A DNA stretch of 63,930 nucleotides, the filler included, from Sluysia triapertura (Eukaryota): the NCBI GenBank assembly GCA_046118255.1. It is 5 parts of 5 records of this genome, joined end to end, with 100 filler letters (N's around TTAATTAATTAA, not from the genome) between each part and the next. Parts side by side here need not be neighbours in the genome. Positions count along the whole stretch, not along the records: positions 51,490 to 63,930 come from JBJNIA010109202.1; 4 more parts are not named here. One strand, 5' to 3'. The notes under the pieces are model-generated. The model was not told where the DNA came from. It did no database searches and saw only the letters and a list, made by a program, of their open reading frames with translations. The position numbers were made by a program, and so were the translations under genes. Within the stretch, counting starts at the first letter, position 1; each line of letters begins with the position of its first letter. Below are positions 54,131 through 63,930 of the stretch, one piece after another.

Positions 54131-54413
54131 AAATTTTGCTTCCCTTAATATCATTTCTTGGTTATGCAAATGCTTTTCCTAACAGTGCAATTTAGTAATG
54201 TGTACATTCCATTAAAAGTTAGAATTGAATTTCGCATTAAATTTAACTGAAATTTTTTAAAGTATTTATATGAGTATTCAAACCTTTTAAAATGTATTTT
54301 AAATTTTATTAAAATTAACAAAGTGAATGAGAATTTTGGCTTACAACTAACTAATGAACAAATATAAACATCAAAGAATCTATTAAAATTTTCTAAAAAC
54401 ATAATTTTAATGT

Positions 54414-55235
54414 TTAGATATTGTATTCTGCATATATTTTCTGTTTGAGTCCGTGTTTCACTGCCTGAAGAAAAATCATAATTATTGTAATATTATTATT
54501 GTAATAAAAGGTAATCATTACTTTAAGGACTTTCATTGGCAACCCTTTTAAAGTACGTGTATCTATCCACAAATTAGCACTCTTGAACAGCTCATTAATT
54601 TCCGATTCGTTGACCTTATGCGTATATCGACACTTTACTCCGTTCTTCAAACAAATTCCATGATCATCTGCAGAGTATGAGCAAAAGGCGATGACTTTAG
54701 TTAAATAATCTTCCGTGGTGATCAGCATTGTTACGTTGAATTTTATAATCGTCTTCATCAGCATATTGTTTGGAATTGCGATCATCATCTTTATATTGTT
54801 TAACATATTTCCTGACATCTTTATTCTCTTTGATATTATCATCATCATGGTTATCTTTATAGTGCTTGGAATAATCGTAACCATCTTCATAATGGTAGAA
54901 ATAATTATGACCATCTTTAACTTTATAATTATCAACATAATTGTTATCCTCTCTACAATGGTTAACGTAATCATTATCACTTTTATAATGCTCGAAATAA
55001 TTGTTATCATCTTTATCTTTGTGGTTCTTGACATAATTATTATCGTCTATAGGATTTCAACATATTCGTTATCGTTTTCATAATGCTCGAGACAATGGTT
55101 ATCATTCTTATCTTTATGATTCTTAACACAATTTTTGTCATCTTTATCTTTATGGTATTCACGATCATCACCACCATCTTTAAGTTCTTTGGGTTTAACA
55201 TCATCAACTTCGTAGTACTTAAAATCGTATAACAT
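54414..55235 (-). pseudogene. CCCH zinc-finger gene with a D/N/H/K/Y-rich repetitive N-terminus, frameshifted (cargo of module E)
   Basis: Repeats such as DDNNYVKNHKDKDDNNYFEHY, then CSYSADDHGICLKNGVKCRYTH (C-x9-C-x6-C-x3-H); candidate intron 54465-54521. Confidence 0.65.
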
Positions 55236-55299
55236 TTAAAATCGATTATAATTAACAGTACAAAGAATTGCGTGATATAAAATTTTAGAATCAAAATTA

Positions 55300-55838
55300 A
55301 AACTTTGGAATGTAAGCGTTAAAATGAGTGATGATAGTGTTTAAATATTAGGATTGAATAGTACCAGATGTAAATTTGTGGTGTTTAATTTATTTTTGAG
55401 GTATTTGTTGATTCATTACGAGTGTGAATGTGATTGAATTGTTTACGATGAAAGAATGCAACATAAAATATTTTGAATGAATTTTTAATATACTTTAATG
55501 ATTTAAAACGTTATTGTGATTCGGATGTTGCGAGGTGTCGAATAAATATTCTCCATGGATCGCTTAATGTGAATTGATGATATTCTTTGTTATGAGATTG
55601 TAGGTTTGAAATATTTTGAAAAGTGAGTGTTTATTTTGGTGTTTAGGAAGAGAAATAAGATATAAAAACGGTGAATTTTATAAGATTGTTGTATGTTGTT
55701 GAAAATATGGTTTTAGTTATGTTGCGTTAGTTTAAATGGATTTAAATATGTGTAATGTATATTTGAAAGTTTATAAGATTTTAATATGTTTGAGGTAGAA
55801 TTTTTGTGAAATTTAAGTTTAGTGAGTTGGCCACCACA
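55300..55838 (-). mobile_element. LTR-like module, copy E (internally deleted)
   Basis: Minus-strand start TGTGGTGGCCAAC; GT-rich body on the plus strand; (TAA)n and hairpin absent. Confidence 0.55.
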
Positions 55839-55903
55839 TGCAAAATATATGATGAGTCGGTTCGCCTAATATACACATTTTATATCAATTCTGGAGACGT
55901 GTT

Positions 55904-56250
55904 TGTAGTGGCACACTTGTATACATTATTTTGTTGTTAAATCCACAAACACACTTCACTTCAAACTCATTCATGAACGTTTCATCCATCTTAAAACATC
56001 ATCATATCTCGCACAATTTAAAAAATTCACGCGACCAGATTATTAACATACAAAAGATTTATTATTTATAAATTAATTATAACCTTTCAGATATCACTTT
56101 CTTCGTTCTCCTCGGCAGAATCTCTCACATTTTAGTTTACGTGTATGCTTCTATTCTAAAAGAAAATATTTGTTTTTAATGTCAATTTTAAAAAAATCGA
56201 ATATCACAAATTTTGACAGATTTAAATATGCGAAATAAACTGCATGCATT
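55904..56250 (+). mobile_element. LTR-like module, plus-strand copy E'
   Basis: Starts TGTAGTGGCACAC, followed by a C/A-rich body; right boundary approximate. Confidence 0.45.
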
Positions 56251-56468
56251 TTTTCGTATTCGTTAAGATAAGTTTAATTTAGTTATCATTGTGAAAATTA
56301 TAATATATTTATTTTAATGGTATTTTTGATGAAGATGGATTAAGTTGAAACAAAGCTTAAAAGTTTACATTATTCATATTTGTAGAAAAAATCTTTTGTT
56401 GATTATTTCATTTTTTAATTTTTGTTTTAATAATAATCAAATTTAAATAAAATACTGTTTATGAAAAT

Positions 56469-56990
56469 TTGGTACGCCATTTAAAGGATCATAAAACATT
56501 GAAATTAATGGAATTTGGCAGATTTAATCGTTCAGGTGATTTTAAATCATTTAATAAAGAAGAAACGTCAATCTCAACATTTTTCCAGCACATTGTACTT
56601 AGAGAAGCGCCTTCATTGAAACGTTTAACCGATGGAACTATTGTGTTTCATTACTCCAAATTTGATGATAAAAAAGATAATAATCTTACTAGTATTATTT
56701 CTAGTCATCTCAAGGAGCAAGTTGTTTTCAAGAAATAAAACATCATTAAATTAAGCTTGTGGAAAGAATTTCGAATTAATTTCGTAAATTTGATGAAATA
56801 TATGGACGATTTGAAGGATGATTTCTATCCTATATGTCAACCGAAAGTATCAACAGATCCATTTGAATCTGATGTGAAATTTTTGAAAGGCGAGGATTAA
56901 GTAGAAGACGATAGTGGGAATGATTATGATGATGCAACGAAATATAGAGACGATGTGAAAAATGGTTATCTTATATTTCAGTTAAAAGTG
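56469..56990 (+). pseudogene. BC-box/Cullin-box-like protein remnant (cargo of E')
   Basis: EAPSLKRLTDGTIVFHY...LTSIISSHLKEQV; acidic tail broken by stops. Confidence 0.35.
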
Positions 56991-57559
56991 TCTTGCTTAA
57001 TATGTATAAATAAAGCGAGTAAATCGCTGGAAGATACTGGTAAGTGCTTCACAATGTATGAAGTACTTTATTACATGAGTTAAAGTCACGTGAACCTACT
57101 TTCCCAATGTCCATTCTTTGTATAAACCAAATGGCATTTTGAGATGAAAAATTCGGCACACATAAAGAAACATCAACTAAATCAGTACGGTTTCTGTTGT
57201 CATCGGCGTTTGACTCTAATTTGAACGTGAGCCGCTCTTCAACATTCATGGGTATCATTAACCAAATGATTAATTGAATCGATTCACAACATTGCTCCAG
57301 ATTCTAAAATCACGTAGGCAATGGCTATGACGCAATGCAGACTGGTCACTTTGGTAGTATTAAATTCTGACAGCCTTTATTTAAAGCATTATTTAAATAT
57401 TTAAATAATAAAACTGAATTATTTAATATACATGATCTTATTAAAAAATTGTAGTTGTAAAACATAAAACATATATTGACTAAAACTAGAATTTTCAATT
57501 AGATAATAGAGATACGATAAATAAAGTTGTTTAATTTCGTTTGAATATGCCACCGAAAA

Positions 57560-58585
57560 TATATTACTTATTTTTCTAAATAACAATAAGAACATATAAA
57601 TATAATCATAAAATAAAATTAAGAAAATGTAATGATTTACCTTAAGTATATCAAAACTTTGAGGACTGAACAAAAAGTGGTTTTGTTGGTTATTGGTAAG
57701 TGCATGACAATTGATGGAAGTTTTTCCAAACTCTGTTATTGTTCTTAAACTTAATAGTAAATTGTAGATTCGTTTACCATGATCATCGACATATGGCATG
57801 GGATAAACAGAGCGTTGGAGATCAAAAGGACCATGTGAATAGATAATTTATAGCCGTATTGGAGAGATTCTCCTGCTTCTGTTGACAGTGAGTACAGTGA
57901 AGTTTTATAATATCTTGGATTAAATTTGTTTTCACTGTTTCTGATCTTGAAACGTGCGTATTGTTGATTGATTTCATTTGTCATACTATTTGATTGTGAA
58001 GGGATATCAGTAGCTGGTAGAACTTGGTTATTATTACTTAATCTGATAAAAGTATTAGGCGTTAGCGTTGAAGTTGAAATTGAATGATTAATACTTGCTA
58101 CGTTTCTAAGGACATCGTGACCAATATTTGAACAAAAAACATCAGGTAAAATTGCTGCGATACTATCATTAATATTAATTGTTGTTAATGAACTGTGTTT
58201 ATAAAAAGGATATTGAAGTTGTTGCTTGATTGTGCAGCATTCATATTCTACACTAACATCTTTCTTTCTTTTAGTTAATTCATCATTATACTCAACAGCC
58301 TTTTGTAGCAATTTTGAAAGGAATGCCTCATTATCTCTCAAAGTTTGAATGCACTCATATAATTCTGTATAACTACTTTTGATGCTATCTGTTCGCTTTA
58401 TTTCTAACTGAATAAAATAATCCTTTCTAAATCTATTTTCAAATGATAAATAATCTTGTATATTTGAGCTTAAGTAAGTATGATCTTGATGATGTTCATC
58501 GCAGTCATAATAATATTCATAATCATAATCATAATTTTCATAATCGTCGTCACGAGTAGTTATTTTTTATAAATTTTGCATGACA
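57560..58585 (-). pseudogene. TIS11/ZFP36-like CCCH pseudogene (cargo of module F)
   Basis: KFNPRYYKTSL(Y)SLSTEAGE(S)LQYGYK, then after a frameshift GPFDLQR; Cys positions are TAC/TCT, one change from TGC/TGT; D/Y-rich N-terminus; candidate intron 57576-57640. Confidence 0.65.
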
Positions 58586-58755
58586 TTTACAATCAAAGTT
58601 CTTTTTGAAGTATATCTTTTTAAATCTAAATTTTGTAACAATGATCTTTTTGAAATTATAAGTAAATATCAATTAAGTGAGAAGATTAAATTTGATGAGC
58701 TCTATTAATGAATGTCTTTTTCATTAATTTGAGTAAAAAAATAATTTAGTATTCA

Positions 58756-59495
58756 GATTGGCTGTCAAATCAAAGTGTTACAATAGTGGGTTTTGATGAC
58801 AATTTTTAATTTATTGAAATCTGTCAATAGTTGACAGGTATAAATCAACCAAATTAAAAATATATACGCTATTGACAGTTCATATGATTAATGAAATGAC
58901 AATGATCTGGAAAATGGTAATTAAAATGTAATTATAATAATGATAATGATAATGATAAAATTAATAATAATAAAAATGAGAATAATAATAATAGCAGATA
59001 ACAAAAATGATAATAAAATAAAATAAAACGCATAAATCTTTTAACACATTCTTCTATTTGAAAATTTTCTTTATCATTAAACTAATAATAATGAATCTTT
59101 TAAAACGTGTTCTTTCTCTAAACCTATCTAGTTATGTATTTAATAGTAATTTTTCATATCTTATAAATTTGTTCTTGATGTTCTTTTAATGTTTCGGTTG
59201 CTATTCTATTTTTATGTATTACAAAGCGTTAAAGTAGTTCAGTTTAAAATTGTTCAATTTGATATTCCTGTTGATAATTGGTTATTGAAAGAAGAATATA
59301 TGTCATGATAAAAATATGAAGAATAAAAAATATAAAAAGAGATTAGTGAATTTGGAGATTTTAAAGAAATTCCATTTAGTTTAGTGTTTTAAAATGTAAA
59401 TTTAATGATTTTTGATGTTATTAATGTTGTCGAAATGTAAACTTAAAAGCATTTTGATATATTTACAATTTTGGGTAATAAGGTTGGCCACCAGA
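58756..59495 (-). mobile_element. LTR-like promoter module, copy F
   Basis: Minus-strand start TCTGGTGGCCAACC; ACGCATAAATCTT at 59028; (TAA/TGA)n; TGTCA-ATAGT-TGACA 58822-58836; GATTGGCTGTCAAATC at 58756. Confidence 0.65.
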
Positions 59496-59955
59496 GTCAC
59501 GACAAATCTGCAGATACTCAGCTTATCCCTAAAAAGTAGGTTTATCCTAGTATACTAATTGAACTCGTTTATTATGTGATTCATGGGTCTTATTTTTACC
59601 GTTCAATATATGACGTTTCTACTTACTTTTTTATGTATTTTTAACCAACATTTCAAATATCTGAGTAGAATTTATTTGATTAACAGTAGTTTAATAAAAT
59701 TTCCCTTAAATGATTTAATAAAGGACCTTAATTCCAACTTCCTTTTTAAGTCTAATTTTAAAGTAATTTCAAATGAACATAACTCAATCTATATTTTTAA
59801 ATTAAATGTCCTACAACCATTATAGTGTTATTATGATTTGAATAAAAAATTACGTTTAAACTTAAATGTATTAACTTCAAAACCTATTCTCTTATTAATA
59901 CTTATTGTCGACGTTTAATTAGGTCTTCAAAAAATTTAATTAAATGTCAATATAC

Positions 59956-60322
59956 TTACACTAGCCTCTTAAGGTCTAGTTCAATGAAATTGTAAATTTA
60001 ACAAGCCTTGTACAAAAACTAATTAGTGAATTTATTTAATTACTCTACCCTTTTTAAGGTGTAGATCAAAAAATATTATAATAATTTAAAGATTACACTA
60101 GCCGTATTAAGGTCTAGTGGCAAAAATGATTTTAAGTGCAATAACAAAACTAGATAAATGTCCTTAAAATATATTACAAAAATTCTTATAATTTACAAAA
60201 CAATTGATAAAACTTTTTAGCAAAAATATAATAATCTTAACGATTTTACAAGCTTCCTCAACCTCGGTTGGCGGCTTAGGTATTTTATAAATATATTTCG
60301 CAAGCATTTTTAAGGTCTTCTA
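59956..60322 (-). repeat. Spaced copies of TTACACTAGC-N-TTAAGGTCTAG
   Basis: Copies at 59956, 60040 and 60093, degenerate copy at 60297; reverse complement of the 48.8-49.1 kb motif. Confidence 0.7.
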
Positions 60323-60929
60323 TAAAAATTCCCTTCTAAGGTGAATTTAGAAATTTTACAATAAAAAATTCCTTCATCGTGGACATCATTAAGCACTGAA
60401 ATAAATTTCTTCTTGAATAAAAATATTAAAATGTTGTCTTGAACTTTATTTGCTCTTTGCCTAAAATTTTTGTTGAGAAAATTTAATAAAACAGACTTAC
60501 TTTTATATTAATTTTGGGGTAACCATATTGCGTATTATCCAAATTGATTAATTAAAAGAATTTTCACTTAAACAAAGTAATTATAAAATTCTAATTTTTC
60601 TAAATTCAAAGTTATTTAGAATTTATATTTTATTTAAAAGTAATTTTAAAGTTTTTTAAATTTTTTAAAATTTATATTTTATCTAAAAGTAATATTTTGT
60701 TTAAAAATATTTTAAAATTTTATTTTATAGATTATAAAGTTATTTTATTTCCTTATTGAAGTTATATTGTTTCTATTTATTTAACATTTAATATTTAATT
60801 ATAGTATAAATAATTATTTAAAATATAAAACGCAAATTTATACATAAAATGATAAATTATATACTAAACATAAAACTGCACCTTTATACAAAACACCTTA
60901 ACAGCTAGATATTCTGTTATAGGGGAATT

Positions 60930-61719
60930 GTAAGAAAGAATGGATGGTACTTTGAGTTACAATGTATAATTGATTTTGATAGATTATCGTTCTTCCATCA
61001 CCTTCTACATATGGTTCATTACTAAAAGGATCAACCGCAATATACAAAATATCATAATCTCCTTTGTAGGAATATTTTCACGAAGTTTAACATTATAGGA
61101 ATCCATATGAGCATTTTGTAGTATGTGCCGAATAATAACTGTTTCTAAATAAGCAGACGTTTTCTTCTTACAATAATTATTTTCGAATTGAGGGGAGTAA
61201 AAATATAAACAATGGAATAGAAATAGCTGATTTCAAACTAAATTATTTTTTCTTTATATTTGTACTTGAATTTGATTTTGATGTTACTAGTTTTATTACA
61301 TATGTTAAACTTCGTATGGCGATAAGTTGGAGAAACAGATTAAGTTTTAAGTTTTTAAAATAAGTACATAAAACATTCTCAAGCTTTTTCTCACATCCAA
61401 TAAAGGTAAGACATTTTGTTGAAATCACAATCATCTTCGACCAAATCAAGTCTTTCAATATAGTTTTTATTAACTTTTTGATAATGAATTTATTGTCTTT
61501 ATTACAAATCTTAAAAGAAGACTTATTCTCAAGACCTAAACTAATTCGTAATGTGCTATCAGAATTTATAGTACGATGAAACATATTGACAGTTACCCAA
61601 CGAGAATCTTGAAGAAAGTGAATACGTTGCCTACATACTGGAATGATTGTTGAAATAAAGAACATGAAATCTATTATTTCTATTTTAGTATTGGTGAAAG
61701 AATTTGGATATTCATCCAT
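60930..61719 (-). pseudogene. Unknown ORF (158 aa) with downstream coding-like fragments
   Basis: ATG-initiated ORF 61243-61719; no family recognised. Confidence 0.3.
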
Positions 61720-63007
61720 CAGATATTCTTAATAATAAAAACATTGGATCATTCTCACAACTAGAAAGTGTTAAATCAAGTAATCGTTCTGTTTCTAGAG
61801 CAAATTCAAATCTAAATCTTGTGATGTTTATTTTTCTTATTTTTTATCGCAGTCATTCCCATAAATGTACTAATTTAATGTGCGTGTTTATTAATTGTGA
61901 AAGAAATGTTAAGGACGAACTGGTTAAGAAATGTTTCATAAGAAAGACGAATATGAAAGACGAATAGATACCTTTGTGAAATGTAAAGTTTCTTATCTTA
62001 AAGTTTTGTATCTTAAATGTGATAAAAATGTCATCATAACATCTTATTATTTACTTATTTTAACTATAGTAATAATTGTTTTAATTTCAGTACTTTTAAC
62101 AACTTTATTCACCAAGCGAATTCATGAACAGGATCCACCCTAGAGCCTACTTCAGTCTTTTATCTTTTAAATATTCATGCTTTTTTGTAATCATCATCCT
62201 GATCACATTCACACTTTCAACATTTATAGAGAAACACTTAGCTTAATATTTGCATTCTGCGGTTGATGCAGTTCATCTTTACTTAAGCAGTTTTTAATAA
62301 TTAAAATAAAAAGGCTCAATAAGAAAATTTTAAGTATTGAAATCAAAATAGAAAAATGTAATTTTTAGTCTACTAAACATAATAATGTGTATTAAAGTAG
62401 TAGTCTTCACACATTTTTGTGCTGCGACCCACTTTACGAGTCCAAATTTTTTTACAAACCCCTTTTGAAGAACACTGTATTAAAAATTATTTAAAATTAA
62501 ACTTCTAATATTTAAAGAATATTTTCTTATGAATATTTTACTATAACTTTAAAATTTCTCGCGACCAATAGTGATGATAGTAATATAAGGGCAAAAATAG
62601 TTTTATGCATTTTATGATTAAGTAATATAATAATAATTATTATTATTATATGAATATATTTATCATTAATGTTATTATTAAAATTATTAAATTAAATTAA
62701 AAAAAATAGTCGATAAAATCACATATTGAAGATCTGTGCTTTTTACAGTTATTGTGACGATAAGAAATCAATGTTAAATGTTTGCGATAATTTATGCATA
62801 TTATGCGTTTGGAGTGCTTAATATATTTAAAGGTTCTGAAGCTGCGATAGTGAGAGTTAAATTATACTGAATAATGTTAAATAAAAGGCCATATAAAATA
62901 TGATTTATTTGCAAAGGAAAATGATCTTTGAATAATATGAAATTTACTAACATTATGTGAGATTTTAAAGGCTTATTCCAAATACGCGCGAATAAATGTA
63001 AGTAAAT

Positions 63008-63059
63008 GTGAGTTCACCAACGTACTTAGTCTTACCTGTTAGATCTAGTCGTTGGATTT
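63008..63059. repeat. Conserved hairpin, copy 2 of 2
   Basis: GTGAGTTCACCAACGTACTTAGTCTTACCTGTTAGATCTAGTCGTTGGATTT. Confidence 0.7.
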
Positions 63060-63861
63060 AGAAAGATTAGTTTTAATTTAACTGGAGGTTTTAAATTGGA
63101 TCAATACAACAATTACTTTTTTAAACTTTTAATAAGATTTCTTGATTAAATAAATAACAATGATTTTATTGCGGTTCTTAATAAATAGAAACGAATTATT
63201 CGATTTTATGTGGTTTTATGAAACCAATAGTTTGAATGAAACTTTAGTTAGGATTTTATTAAGGTTCCTATTTAAACAAAACCGTTAGCAACTCACTATA
63301 ATAAAACTTAAAAATTCCAGGAAAATTTATTAATAAATAAAAATTATGTTATTCAGTAAAAATAAGAATGACTATAAAAACTTATATTTTATAAGGATTA
63401 ATCTCCTTAATTCTATAGGTAAATTATATTAATAAATTAGTTTATTTTACCTTTCGTTTTAAAAGATAGGGATATATATAAAATAAAATTTAAGTGTAGT
63501 TTATCAAGTAATCCTTAAATGATTACCAAAAACGGTAATGAAAATTAACGGCTATTAATGAAATTGGTAATTGTCTTCGACAAGAATCAACAAAAAACTG
63601 TAGAGCTTGTAAAAAATTGTGTGTAGTTGTGAAAGCTTATACAGTCAAATTATTATGACCTCCACAATTAAAACAACCTACAATTAAAGCAATCGCAATT
63701 AAAATATTTTAATATTTTTCCAAGTTACAATTAAAATATATTAACTACTTTTACATTTATTAAGATATTTAAAATAAATATTTTTACGATTTATAATTGT
63801 CAAAATGATTAAATTAAATTAAATTAAAAAATTACTTTAAAATCAATATAGTATCATATCC

Positions 63862-63862
<1 letters not shown>

Positions 63863-63930
<68 letters not shown>
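63863..63930. repeat. (TAA)n microsatellite
   Basis: Directly visible; similar tracts at 48150, 50374, 52145 and 53324. Confidence 0.97.

Noticed and set aside
54715-55083. Hydrophobic 122-aa plus-strand 'membrane protein'
   Set aside because: Antisense reading of the GAT/AAT-rich repeat
48800-60322. CRISPR-like reading of the spaced CTAGACC repeats
   Set aside because: Eukaryotic context, irregular spacer lengths, degenerate repeats and no cas genes

Overview
Very AT-rich animal genomic DNA, not prokaryotic. Five contigs are joined by artificial 100-nt linkers (N44-TTAATTAATTAA-N44) at 12273, 25152, 39619 and 51390. Host genes carry many tiny 29-38 nt GT-AG introns. I could splice by hand a sideroflexin 5' half, a CCDC169-like gene head-to-head with a CHORDC1-like gene, two SLC7/LAT exons and one SLC1/EAAT exon. 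There is also a decayed PDH E1-alpha fragment. The rest is repeat-derived: Tc1/mariner remnants and MITEs, a piggyBac-type end, a hATm-type transposase pseudogene, Helitron-like ends and L2/CR1 RT remnants. The most notable signal is a dispersed module seen at least 7 times. It has an LTR-like terminus TGT(G/T/A)GTGGCCAAC, a C/A-rich body, an AAGATTTATGC motif, a (TTA)n tract, a TGTCA-N4/5-TGACA palindrome or hairpin, and inverted CCAAT boxes. It always points into a cargo gene or pseudogene. The cargo is either a TIS11/ZFP36-like CCCH zinc-finger protein, mostly with an atypical C-x8..10-C-x6-C-x3-H spacing, or an Elongin BC-box protein (one is ZSWIM8-like). Other oddities are an anticodon-less tRNA-Ala-like gene that keeps G3:U70, and a two-copy hairpin with a splice-donor/U1-like motif in its loop. 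All family assignments come from manual translation and recalled motifs; no database search was run.
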